Source of the DNA: Phoronis australis
Lineage: Eukaryota; Animalia; Phoronida
Length of the DNA: 64,000 nucleotides
Reading direction: 5' to 3'
Assembly: GCA_002633005.1 (NCBI GenBank)
Contig: NMRA01000751.1
Span: forward strand, 72,629 to 136,628
This document shows positions 24,530 through 36,887 of the stretch, in pieces. The notes beneath the pieces are model-generated. The model did not search any database and was not told where the DNA came from. It was given only the letters and a program-made list of their open reading frames with translations. How positions within the stretch are numbered: position 1 is the stretch's first letter; the number at the start of each line of letters is the position of its first letter. A program made the translations under genes and the position numbers.

Positions 24530-26280
24530 GTAACCTCTTACTGGATCAGATGTGCTATTGTACATTCGGGAAAGGTTATTGTTGTAATATGATGACTTGT
24601 GGAAGAATCAGTTTTGTTGCTGTTTTTGAATTCATGAAATTGTTCCCTATATACTAAGTTGAAGTATTCAAGCAACAATTGACATCCTACAAACACTGTT
24701 TATAATGTTTTGACATTTAACCACCGCCTCACCATTCACTGGCCTTTTTTGACCTCAGTGTATCACGGAGTCATCTTCCCAAAAAGAGATAATCTTTGAA
24801 TTGATATATTTTGCTCAGACCTGAGTAGACTTCAAAAGGTAGTGATGCTGGGCAACTGAAGTGATTGGCTAGTCTTTCTAAGCCATCAAGTTTTAGTAAA
24901 AACTTGTAACTTGACTGTCGTTAATAATCATTCCTTTAGAATGTGATTACAGGTGTCGCATATAAAGATGTTTTGTTAGTTCCAACACTCTGCCCTTTCA
25001 CAGTTTCGTGCCTTGACATTTTCCCGGCCTGTGATGTGACTTTTTGCGGGGTTTAAGGCAGTCAAACTGATGATAAACTATGTAGTGGTATGGTGCTTTG
25101 TGAAACATTTGAACTTTGATTGATGCATTGTTAGCAAGTACTACTACGTACTGTAACCTCAAACCTGGTAACATGTCTTGAATAAAAAGGAAGCATTCGG
25201 AGAAAACTGAATGTGTAGAGCAGAGTTTTGGTTTTTAACAAGATTTGTGCCGAGTGTAAATGTCTGTAACTACTGCTGAATCCAGCAAAGAACTTGCAAG
25301 TGTTGCGTATGTCTGTCTGAAGCTGCTTTGTAGAGTGTACTAGCAGTGGACATCTTGTACATTTGTGTGCGCTTGTCATACGCTTTGATCATTCTTTGAA
25401 CATAAAGAAATGTTGTGTCGTGTTGGCACTCGGTATTTCCAATTGCATGGTATGACACTTTCCCTCTGGAGGCAGTGAACCCAGGATATCCCAACTGACA
25501 GTTAACTTCCTGTGTCAGCTGTACTGACTAACCACAACTGAGAGGTGTGGACAAGTCACTTTCAACAAAAACTTTCTTCAATTTGCTAGTGTTGTGTTTC
25601 TATTGTCTCCATGTCTGTTGTGTCAGCTGTTTGGCCCATATGCTTGTTAACGTGCTGTTCAACAGAAGCAAGGAGGTCTCTTTGTATTTTCCAGCATTGT
25701 CCAAGTTGTTAAAAACCAACTGTGCAATACAGTTTTACAACTTGGTTATATTTGTCCAGTAAACAGCGATTGCAAGTGAATACTAATTTACTCGTCTACT
25801 TTTCTGCTCCTTGTTTGGAAAATGACTGACATACCTTCTTGAAAACGGATCTTTTCAAATCACCTGTTTTTTTTTTGCAAAAACCGAACAATATTTTTCA
25901 TTTTTGTTCTCCAAGAAGGTCAACATTTTGAAAGCTCAACGATGAGACCAAAGTGGCCCAATGATTCCTAAGCAACATAACAGCACACAGGACAATAAGA
26001 ATTGTTCATTATACTATTTGTGTGTCATTTTTCAGTCACTTAGTCAAAAGTGTAGATGTGAATCGCTGTGCTTTAGGGGCAACAAAATGGTTTCCAGTGC
26101 TGTCATATTGTATCCGGTTTTAAGCCAAAGCAGTAAGCTGTCAGTCAGTTGGGAATTGGTTGCAGTATTCCGGTTACAAGTCATTTGGCTGACCAAATAA
26201 GAAGTACAGAAGTGACCTCTATGTTGAACGCATGTTGTTGTTGTTCTTGTTGTACTCGTCACTGTTGTGTGTTGTTACAG

Positions 26281-26370
26281 AGTTTACGCGACACTCATCC
26301 AAGCGACTACTCAGCGACAGCAGCACACAGTCAATACGAAATCGGTTCCCCAATGCAACAATCCACCGAG
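26281..26370 (+). CDS. BRAF: Raf probable cassette exon (EFTRHSSKRLLSDSSTQSIRNRFPNATIHR)
   Basis: UG-rich tract then ttacag|, donor gag|gtatac, 90 nt, symmetric phase 1-1, no stop; skippable without frameshift. Confidence 0.65.
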
Positions 26371-27001
26371 GTATACGTCAGAGCGAGCTTTGACCTATGA
26401 AATATTGACCTCTTGTCTTTTCGACTTCTGAGTGTCTGTTATTTTCTTGGTGCCTTGTTCAAATATTTTTTTATTTTTTATGGATTTGTTGAAAATTGTT
26501 TTGTCTGACATTTTAGTCTTGCATTCTTACTGTCACATTCTATGTTTTGCTGTTGGAATGTTCTTGATTTGTTTGTTTATCTTTAAACTCAGTGGCTATA
26601 TACTCATTTAATGCTTCGGGCCCAGCTTGATGGTCCAAGCGCATTCACTGAGGTTTGTCAGCAGTAAGATACCAAGACAACGTTTGCAGCTGTCTTTCAG
26701 TCTTTTCATTTAAGTACATTTTTGAAAAATCTTGCACTGCTCTGAAATGTTCTTCTGCGATACTGTCAAGCTTGCAGGATGATAACCTTTCACTGAATGC
26801 AACCACAGAAGTCAACAGGTCGCCCGCTTTGTTTTGATATTCGTTTGCTATGTGTACCTCTTTCACTCCGTAATACGTCGAAACCGTTGTCACCTAAACC
26901 ATCTAAGTATCCGTTTGTTGTTGATTGTGGCTTATGTCTGTTGCTTTCGAAACATCGAGTGTTCAACATTGTTAACTGTCTTATTGTATTGCTGTAACTA
27001 G

Positions 27002-27144
27002 GTCAGAATCTGATGTCACTGTCATCCACACCACAGAGCCCTTTACATAGTCCTACTAAGGGCAGTGCTTCGCCCCCTGTAACTGTAAAAAATGGCCAAA
27101 GGTCAAGGTCTGGGTCTGCGGAATCCACATCAGCCAAAAAAGTG
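27002..27144 (+). CDS. BRAF: Raf Ser/Pro-rich hinge exon (GQNLMSLSSTPQSPLHSPTKGSASPP...RSRSGSAESTSAKKV)
   Basis: aactag| and |gtaagt, 143 nt, phase 1-0; SP sites typical of the RAF hinge. Confidence 0.88.
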
Positions 27145-28334
27145 GTAAGTTTTTGTGTCTCGTTTTTTTTTCATCTCTAGCTTATCCGTCGTAACAAAAA
27201 GGGGCAAAACTTGATGTTAATAGATGAGAGTGAAGCTGTTATTTCTTTGTGCTGTAACACGATCTATTCAAGGGCATGGTCACTATGTCTAGTTACCTAG
27301 GTGCCAAATACCAGAATGGACCGGATAGCGATTCTGTGAAAAACTCCAGTGTCGAATATCAAACATTCTTGACATTGTCTGCTTATGGTGAACTGCTTGT
27401 TTGCATTGCGTATTACATAAGCTGTGTGTCAGTTCTTGCCAGTGAAAATGTGCTAGTTGTTTTTGCCATTATTTTTAGGATCCATTTTGTCATAAGTGAC
27501 TTTATAATTTGTGTGGTATTGAGTCACTGACTTGGAGATGGAAACGCGAGCTGCACCGCTCACAGCAGGAGGGTTGGGATTTGTCTCCACACGCCTTCCT
27601 CATGAGAACAGGGTTACAATATACTTTTATTGACAATGCCATAATGCATACTTTCACCAGTTGCGCTTCCGTAGTGCATTTCAATTGGAAAGTGGTGACA
27701 TAGTCTCCCTATTGAACAAGTGCGCAACTGCTGGTGAACTGATGTGTGAACATCCGGCAAAATAGGTATAAATTCAGTACCACACTCATGACCCAAGTAT
27801 GAAGAGTCTGTGTCTCAATAGTGCTGGCGTTTTCACAATTTCTTAATCCGACTTAGGCATGCTCATTGATGTCATTTTGGATTAATTAATTCTAATTATA
27901 AAGATGTGCAAGTAGTCCTGGGGACCCCTCGAATTTATTACAAGACTTATATAACCTAAAAAGGACTATTAATAAGGATTTGACCAAAGGCAGACTTGGC
28001 AAAGATGAGCAAGCAATTATCGTGTTATCAGCTTTCAGCATTGGGTTCGACAAATTTCTGCCACTTGATTTTCCACAAAATGGTTACTAATTAAGCCTGA
28101 ACAATTTATAACATGTCCCAAAATCTCTGAATTTCTTTTTAAGGATGAATATGAAGTTTACATGCAACCCAGCCTTCATGTTTTCAGTCATAGTTGAATG
28201 TAAGTGTAACTCACACCTGGCGGAAATAAATGAAGTTTGTACAAAACTTGTCATGCCAAGATTTACTGAACAGTTCAATCATACATTTTTACTTTGTTAT
28301 CTGTGATATTAGTGCAATCCTCGATCCATTGTAG

Positions 28335-28531
28335 CGCACTCGGCGTGACTCAAATGAGGATTGGGAGATCAACTTCAATGATGTTCAGGTGGGTCCCCGA
28401 GTTGGTTCGGGCTCATTTGGGACCGTCTACAAGGGTCACTGGCATGGGCCAGTAGCCATCAAAAAGCTGAACGTGCTTGATCCTACCCCAGAGCAACTGC
28501 GCGCCTTCAAGAATGAGGTTGGTGTGCTGAG
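28335..28531 (+). CDS. BRAF: Raf kinase exon: N-region, P-loop, VAIK, alphaC ([12 protein letters not shown]...[20 protein letters not shown]...FKNEVGVLR)
   Basis: ttgtag| and |gtgagt, 197 nt, phase 0-2. Confidence 0.97.
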
Positions 28532-28980
28532 GTGAGTTCTAGTTTGTTAAGAACTGGTTTGGTGTCGTTTTTGTTGGCTGACGAAAGTGTGAGCACAGTC
28601 TATTTTGTAGGGTGTGGTCTGCTTAAGCATTGATGGAGTCTGTTATGTCAAGGGATGTAGTCATGGAAATCTGAGTGTGGCCTTTTTCATGAGGCATCGT
28701 GTTGGAACGTTGGACAGAGTCTGTTTCGTCAACAGCTGTTCACATTGGAAATATTGGCTGAACTTGTTTTGCGGTGTTGTTTTTATTTCTATGTTTGTTA
28801 AGTCTGTTTTCCCCTAGTGAATTTGATTTACAAAATGTGGATATGAACTTGAACATGCTCAATTGTAGTATCATATAGCAGCTATGCCCTTCACAAACCA
28901 AGTAGGTACACGTGTATGCGCAATAGCACAAACGAGGGATTTTCCCGGATACGTGACATTTTAAATAATTTCTTTTTCAG

Positions 28981-29157
28981 GAAAACACGACACGTGAATA
29001 TCTTGCTATTCATGGGTTGCACATCCAAGCCAGAACTAGCTATCATCACGCAATGGTGTGAGGGCTCGAGTCTCTACAAACATCTACATGTTGAGGAAAC
29101 TAAGTTTGAGATGTTGAAGCTTATTGACATAGCGCGGCAGACGGCACAGGGCATGGA
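28981..29157 (+). CDS. BRAF: Raf kinase exon ([12 protein letters not shown]...[11 protein letters not shown])
   Basis: tttcag| and |gtgagt, 177 nt; RKTR dimer motif and gatekeeper Thr (IITQW). Confidence 0.97.
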
Positions 29158-30713
29158 GTGAGTATGAACACCACCGCAATAATTATTTGCATGAAATTAA
29201 CATATAATTAGCGATCTACAGTAACAAGTCGTCAGTTTGGGACAGAATATGTCCGACAGTTGAAATTTCGCTTTGTCAAATTTCTCCACGAAAATAACTT
29301 TTCAGGAAAATTTACTTTGCTTTTAGCATTTTTTGGGTGGGATAGCTATTACCAAACAACATTTGGTAAAATTTTGAGTATTTGCAACAATGTGGTTAGC
29401 CTCTGAAAAATAGAAATATGGCAATTTAAGTAAATTTTTTGTCCAAAATTGAAGAATTTTTATCGTATCTTCTTTTCGGGAAAAACTGTGATACTTATAT
29501 TCATCTCTTGGGACTCTGGAAAATATCAATATTCATGACAAAGAGACAAATGAGCACCTGTTCCGTAGTTGTCAAAATGCAAAGTTGAAGTGTTACCCGA
29601 CAGCTCTTTCTTGTTTTGTTAAGTTGAATAGGCAATTGCGGGTGCCTCAAACTTGTGAGTGCCTCTTAAACCCAGGAAACATCCCTTTTTCTCTTTAGCG
29701 GAACTTTAAAATAGTGCTATGTCGTGTGGGAAGTTACAGTAGTCTATGATATGTCAGTGTCTCCGGAACATTTTGATGGTGCGGCGGGACGGCGGGGAAA
29801 AATTCAAATAGTGGAATAGTTCTCCAAGAGTGGGACAGTTGGCAAGTACAACGTACGCTGCCAGCAAAACAAAATATTGGATTGTTTTTTTACAAATACT
29901 GCAAATAACATTCACTTCTCAGAAATCGAATAACGAAAAAGTATTTGGGCCACAGGTAGACATAGCATAAATGAATTATTATAGAAATAATTGAAAATAG
30001 TAATAATTTTTGCAAACACAAACACAAACCCTTAGGTATGCAAATATGAGTAGTTTTTCGAAAGTTACGTAAACACACCTGGCCGAAACTTTTCATTTAT
30101 AATTACAGAACAAACACTTAGAAACCAAAAGTCAGTTCTTTCTGTAAAATGCTGTAAACGTGATTTTAACAACCAAAAATATCTTTTTGAAAAACTCCTA
30201 GCATGTAGTTTGATAGGTTGTCAAAAGTGGTTCTGAGACTGGAGATGAAAAGATATCAGAGGTCCGACTATTCCCGATATCTGGCGTGGGCCACGCGTCA
30301 GTGCGTTTAAAGAATGACCAATGTAATTGTCTGGTTTGTTAACTAATTTTGCTGAAAAATCACTGGTTGTCTAGAACCATAGCTCAAGAGTTTGGCTTGA
30401 ACAAATATGTCAAAATGAAAATGAAGCGATGAAAGTAGGCTTGATTTGATAACTACAAAACTCAATTAAAACTAAGTCAAGCAGACTGCCGGAAATTTAC
30501 AGTGCAAACTCTCATGGCTAATCTCTTGGTCGTAAGCACTGATAACAGAATACATTGGTCACGTGCTGGAGTTGGCATTCCAGGGCTAGAGTTCTATGGT
30601 TCTTACAACGCTGGTCTTCTCTGTCTTTTGTAATGGATCGATTAAGACTGTGATGTCATACCTGTATTAAAATGAATTATAACTTTTATTTTTATTTTTA
30701 TTTTTATTTTCAG

Positions 30714-30760
30714 TTACTTACACGCCAAAAACATCATCCACAGGGATTTGAAATCTAACA
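30714..30760 (+). CDS. BRAF: Raf kinase exon, catalytic loop (YLHAKNIIHRDLKSN)
   Basis: tttcag| acceptor, 47 nt, followed by U12 donor gtatccttt. Confidence 0.97.
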
Positions 30761-31968
30761 GTATCCTTTGAGGCCATGCACTGGTCTATAGCTGTAAGAT
30801 TGGATTTGTTCACTTTAAACTAGGCACCTTTAATTTTGTGTTTTTTATGGCTGAAAAACAGATGTTTGGGATCTTTGGTTGAGATAGACTTTTTGAAGTT
30901 ATTATTAGTTTTTAATCATATAAAGCAACAAAATTCCTTGTTTTTTTGATTTTATTGCAAATCGCCAATTCTCGGGCATAATCTGCTGAAATTGAGGATA
31001 ATGTCTACCATACGCTTAAAATACTAAATTGATATTTAACATGTGACATTTTGCTCAGCAGCAGAGCGTTCGGCTGCTATTATGGTGCTGGTGTGTTTGA
31101 TTCCACGCTATTGCTAATTTCTGTACAAATATTTTTCTCACCGAGTTTTGTTTTTCGCCCATAAGTGTATCTACAAAACCCACTGCAGGATCTTTATTAA
31201 ATTTAGTAAGTGAATTTATGTGAAGATAACAGACGATGACTGTCAGGCGGATCAAACGGACGCTGTGCCCACAAGTGGCAATTTCAATTTGTTGTGTTTT
31301 CCTTCGTTTCTCTGAAGTTCCTTGACAGATTTTATGAAATATGGCATGATCCCGTTCTTGGATGGAGTGTACGTTTTTGCGCCATCTAGTGGCCATTTTT
31401 ATGATATAAATAAATAACCCTAAAAGCGCACCATTTGCGATGCATTGGTGGGCACATTTCAACGCTCCGCGTTGCTCTTGTTACAAAAATACCTCACATT
31501 TTGCAAGTTGATTTTTCATAGAAACCAAACTAAGATACTAACTGAAAATTCCTAACAGCGTTTTTTGAGGTAAGTGGTGAAGTTTTCATTAGAAAGGTTT
31601 TATTAAAATCGACCGAAGGATTATTTTGCTGTGAATGTACCTTTCTTAAAAATAAAATTTTGACTTCAAAATGTGTTAACGTAATAATAATAACGGCACA
31701 TAAATATTAAATATTATTTTTATAATCCCCGATCTTTGTCCTTTCGGAAAACATATAATTTTACCAGTTGACGGAGTCTGGGTTTTTGATATATGAGATA
31801 GAATTGAGACCATTAAATAAGGTTTGATATAACCTGAAGATGAGTGCTTACAAATGGGTAATTCTGCTCTTGTGACTTTTGACGTAAGCTGATACTTTGA
31901 AAATTATATTGAAACACCCCATTAAAAAGCCATTCCATCGCCTAGTCTCCTTAACTCGCTCTCCTCAG
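30761..31968 (+). other. U12-type (minor spliceosome) GT-AG intron of Raf
   Basis: 5' site GTATCCTTT; branch sequence TCCTTAAC at 31948-31955, 13 nt before the 3' splice junction. Confidence 0.93.
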
Positions 31969-32087
31969 ACATTTTTTTGCATGACGACTTTACGGTCAAG
32001 ATTGGCGACTTTGGACTGGCCACAGTGAAGACACGGTGGAGTGGTTCACATCAGTTTCAACAGCCCACTGGCTCCATCTTGTGGATG
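31969..32087 (+). CDS. BRAF: Raf kinase exon, activation segment ([39 protein letters not shown])
   Basis: 119 nt, |gtgagt; V600-equivalent codon GTG at 32025-32027. Confidence 0.97.
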
Positions 32088-32848
32088 GTGAGTGAACTAC
32101 CGCAGCTGCCAAAATGAGTCCACTTTCGTAAAAGTTATGCACTGGATAACAACAGTGGCAACGAAGTATATGTCATATTGCCAAGTTGAATAATGCTTTT
32201 GATGTCGTGCAAGGGTCACACTTATCCAGTTTATTAACCGCAGCTGTGATGGTCTTCTGCACTTCTGTGTGAATGAGTAGTCACAGAATGTAGTTTCCTA
32301 GAACTATTATAAGTGTGAAACGGTTATAAACCCGCCTTCCATCACAAAAACACCTGACTAAGACCACTTACTGGTCTCAAATTGCTCCTTTGTCAAAGCG
32401 GAGGTTATTTTTCGTGCTTTGAAAGAACTGACAGTTCATTAGTGCTGGAGACCAGTCTCTGCCAGTTCACTTGTCACAGCCGGTCATTGTATGTGCCAAG
32501 CATGGTCTCGAAGCGTAACGAACTCTCAAGTCTTTGCAAACCTATAAATCTAAATCACTTCTCATCTGAGTAAGGAGCAAGCTGCAGTAAATGGTTTAAA
32601 CCAAAAGTTTGCTTCTTGGGACGGTAAGCGGGATAAGCTTGATTAGCTAAAAAATATTTGAACTGCGACAATATATAGCGCCTGTACAATATGGAATTTG
32701 GTATTATAATATTGCATAAACTCAAGTTGTTAATGATTGTTCAGGAGCTTGTTTAAATTTATAATTTTGGCACAAAGGAAGCATGAGTCGATGCTTTGAG
32801 TAGTGTGTTGCGTGTTGATGCTAGCCACAGTTGTATATTACCTTGCAG

Positions 32849-32980
32849 GCGCCTGAGGTTATCCGAATGGAGGAAGAGAATCCATACACACCCCAGTCAG
32901 ATGTTTACGCGTTTGGCATCTGCCTGTATGAGTTGACTACCAGCCAGTTACCTTACTCACACATAAATAACAAGGATCAG
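32849..32980 (+). CDS. BRAF: Raf kinase exon ([44 protein letters not shown])
   Basis: ttgcag| and |gtacac, 132 nt, phase 0-0. Confidence 0.96.
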
Positions 32981-34139
32981 GTACACTAGCTCCACACTTT
33001 GTCATAATTAGGGATTAAATGGCTAATAGTGCTTTATGGCTCAAAACTGTGTGACAACCGAAATTCATTTTTTTCATCTAATGATGGAAGTTATTGAATT
33101 AGTGAAAGTGAATAATATTATCATTAAATATTTACTTATTATTTTTATTATTTAGAGCTGAAACAGCCAATGGTGGTGTGAAAATATGGGTGTTGTATAC
33201 GTCACGTTATTAACTGTGAAATATGGGAAAGTAGAGCCAATCCGTGTAGAGCAGTAGAAGCCATATACAACAGTAGAAGCCCCATTTTACAGTTGGTGTG
33301 TAGTCTTCTGGTGAAGTAAATTTGGGTTACCTAAAACATTGATTGAAGACGTGGCTCCTAAGAAAGCAGTGTTACTGTTGTAAAAACAGCAAAGGTTGAG
33401 CAATGGAAATCACGATGCGACTATGGTTAGGCCTCGCTAGTTTCAGTCTGGGTCATCATAAGTAGGTCAAACTAACTAGCGTCCCCGGCCAACAAAATGA
33501 GCCAAAAATGATAACTTCGGTTTTATTTTCATTCGTGGATGGCATCATAACAAGCCATCTATCTTTAAGTCGTTAGTTTTTGTAACAGAAATGAAATTCT
33601 GTGTAAGACAAGTTTTGTCATTTGTAGCTCTTAAAAGTAGGATGCACAATTGTATGACACACATGCAAAAGATATTTTATAGCAACTCTTGAGCTAAGTA
33701 TTATATTGACTTAAGTTTTGAATTGGTTGCAAGTGTTCTAGAGGTTTGGTACATGTCTTACTTTTCTGAAAAAAATGAACCAAAAAATGAAACTGAAGCT
33801 CGTCCCGAAACTGAAAACTTTGAGCTGTTTTCAGCCCTTATGATAGTAGTATTGGCGATGGTTGTGTTCTCATTGATTAGCGTAGATGATTAACATCTTT
33901 ACATTTGATACAAGTTGACTTTGATCCAGCTTCCTTCTCAAATCAGCAAGGATCTGATTGGTAAAGTGGAACCTTAGTGATGATCCTGTTAGTAGTGTTA
34001 CCTGTTGTTTTCATTAAGTGCCTTTATCGTATGCCTGGATGTGGTATCGTTATTGGAAGCTCTTTGGTGGGTCTTGCTTCTTTTGGATTAGAAAAGATTT
34101 TATTCGTGGTTATATGGAGAATCCTACAGGAATCTCTGG

Positions 34140-34239
34140 TTTATGACATGGGCAAAACCTCTTGGAAATTTTGTCAAAATTCTGAGATTTGACGAGGGAT
34201 TTTGACGAAATTTCCAAGAGGTTTTGCCCAAGTCATAAA
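34140..34239. repeat. 41-bp near-perfect inverted repeat (hairpin)
   Basis: 34140-34180 pairs with 34199-34239 with two differences. Confidence 0.9.
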
Positions 34240-34957
34240 GCTGAGATGAGTGTAAGATTTGTTTTCTCACATGAAGTGTAAAAATGATCTTTTGTGCTAA
34301 AAAATTTGACGTGTCTGAAACTTTCAACCACATGACGCAACTTTTGTAAAAACATGCTTCCGCAGTGTAAAGTAATTCAGTTGCTTTTTGTTAATAGTTT
34401 TGTTTTAAGCTTAACAATTGTAAATTGCATTCAGGTTTCGTAGCAAATATTCAAGTTAGAATCTAATAAATAGTCTGAAGTAATATTAAATATTGATAAA
34501 TAACAGTCAGCAATGCTTCCCCGCGTGTGAGCACTGAATTGACCTTCAAACAGCACAGCTAGAAAGTCTCACTGCATTCCTTGAGTTGGGCAGGTCTCTC
34601 TTTGAATGAACGCAGATATGAAATTCATCGTCGAAGATGAGTCCGTTCAAGAAGTTTTTAGCATGTCCTGACTGGAGTATGTATAGTTGCGACACCCGAT
34701 TTGTCAATCATAACCATGTCACCTTCTCGGAATTCCGGCATTGTTTGTTGACAAGCGTTTGGTTGGTTTAGTGTTTTGCAGACGATAAAATGTAAGACGT
34801 ATGGATTTTTGCTTTCCACTACTTTGTGACTTGCCCATGTAATATCAAAAAAATTACATACTCAGTGTTATTAACCAGTCTTGTCGTAACACATTTCAGG
34901 TCATGTGAGAAAATAACGGTTGTTATTCTTGTTACTGCATGACTCTTATTTCTGCAG

Positions 34958-35092
34958 ATACTTTTCATGGTTGGCAAGGGTTACCTGAGACCGGACTTAT
35001 CAAAGTGCCGGTCAGACACACCCAAGGCATTCAAGCGACTATTGCAGGACTGTTGCAAGTTCAACCGCGACGAGCGACCATTGTTCCCACAG
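34958..35092 (+). CDS. BRAF: Raf kinase exon ([16 protein letters not shown]...RDERPLFPQ)
   Basis: ctgcag| and |gtaaaa, 135 nt, phase 0-0. Confidence 0.96.
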
Positions 35093-36695
35093 GTAAAATA
35101 TTTTGAGATCTAGGATTTTCTGTGAAACTTTATTTTTGTCTCATTTTTTGAAATTTGAATCTGCTGTTGTGATATGCAGTGCTTTTATTGAAGATTTTAA
35201 GGATGGTGAGGATGTGGTTATGCGTATGAAACTTAGTAAACGGTGTTCGTAAGCACTAAGACTTGCTTTATCAAATTAACTGTTTAGAGCCAAGTTGTAA
35301 CCAAAGGGCAATGAAAATTCATTAATCAATACATTCATAGAAATATTACTAATAGAAAATTAGTGGCACAATAAATAGTTTAATTCATAAAGGTTGAGAA
35401 TAAGTGCTGTACCTTCATGTGACGTTCTACATTTTAATTTTGATTGAATATATGGTAGATTATAGACAACATAGTCGCAACTCCGACATTTTCCTTTGGA
35501 ATATCCTAGAGGAGGCGCCACTCTCCTCAATGACCAATCTCGGCCTCTGATTAGTATATTGTGATGGGGAACTAATCAAGTAACTTCGACATTGTAAAAT
35601 TGTAAAATTATGGAATTCATCGTTTTCCCTGACAAGTGTCTTACAAATGAGACAAAAGCAAAGTTGATGTGACTTATACATGCAAAACGCACCAAAAAAA
35701 AAAGCAGCCAGTGACCATATGGAACTTTCCTGTGACATTTTGAAAATTTTGAGATGTGGCAAATTGTAACTTGCCATTAAACAAGAATTGAATGCAATCT
35801 GCGTGAGGGACTGTCTCATTACTTCTGGGAGAGAAGAACATTTCCAGACGGTATCTCTGAGATCTAATTGAAGGGTTTTGACGAAACTTGACACAGAGAC
35901 AAGTGACAGCAATCTGCTGGCACCATTCAATTTTCAGATGAATTCGATTCCTTTAGAATCCGTTTTGGTTTCGACTAGAACCTTTCCACTATTTTTAAGC
36001 ATATGGTGTTTTCAGATCGTCTCTTTTTCTGCCAGTTTGACCTTTGGGCAGTCCAGCGTCCAGTAAGTGAGTGTCCTGGGCTAGATTTTAGAAAGGGCAC
36101 GACCTTGACTTGTGTAATTTTAGGTACTACAATTTTTTAGTTTGGAATTGAATCTCAGTTGCATTGAAAAGCATCATTTCTTTTTGGTCGGCATTATGAA
36201 ATCCAGGGAATACAGAAATACACAACTGAATTTAAAGTAAAAAACTTGACAATGACAGACAAATTTATTCAATTGACATAAAATTTACTCAGAATTGATT
36301 TGGGCAGTCATTCAGTTCTATACAATGCTGCGTTTGAGCAGTATTTACCATTAGCACTCATTACAACATACATGTAGAGTCCACTGTAGCCATCTCCTCA
36401 ACATTTATCAAAATCACAGTGAACGCAGAATGTAATAACATCGTGCTCACGTGCAAGTATGCGTACACTTATGTTTGTGAATCTTCTCTGTTCTGACACA
36501 CCTCTTTGAGGCAGAACCCGTCCTCTTTAATGATGCATTTCCGCAACATTTTAAAAATTTCCTTGTTGAAAAAAGTGCGATGTGGTAGTCAACACATTAA
36601 AAGACACAGGTGATCGAAATATAATTTTTATTTGTTCATTTTTGATTATTATCGTGTCACCGAACTGCCTACTACGACCGATTGTTTCATTGCAG

Positions 36696-36887
36696 ATCCT
36701 GGCTTCTCTGGAGATGCTGGCACGCAGCCTTCCCAAGTTGCACCGCAGCACATCGGAACCCACGCTGAACCGGACGCACTTACAGGCAGACGATCCCGAC
36801 TTTATGTATACGTGTGCGTCACCCATGACGCCTATCAACTGTCAGTTTGGAGCTTTTCCCTTCTTCAGTACACTGTCCAATTACTGA
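36696..36887 (+). CDS. BRAF: Raf terminal coding exon ([26 protein letters not shown]...FSTLSNY*)
   Basis: ttgcag| acceptor, RSTSEP C-terminal 14-3-3 site (BRAF S729 equivalent), TGA stop. Confidence 0.96.
   Translation: MLASLEMLARSLPKLHRSTSEPTLNRTHLQADDPDFMYTCASPMTPINCQFGAFPFFSTLSNY

Larger units (their letters stand above)
2217..36887 (+). other. BRAF: Raf kinase gene, B-Raf-type (span of visible coding exons; first exon not found in window)
   Basis: 17 exons (counting one of the two CR2 alternatives) with AG/GT boundaries join in consistent phase to 2217 nt (738 aa + stop). Domains: BRS, RBD, CRD, CR2, kinase, C-terminal RSTSEP. Invertebrates usually have one Raf, so the symbol indicates B-Raf-like character, not 1:1 orthology. 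Confidence 0.95.

Noticed and set aside
32025-32027. Activating substitution at the V600-equivalent codon
   Set aside because: Codon is GTG (Val), the normal state.
35460-35930. 156-aa minus-strand ORF
   Set aside because: No domain similarity recognised; lies in repeat-derived Raf intron sequence.
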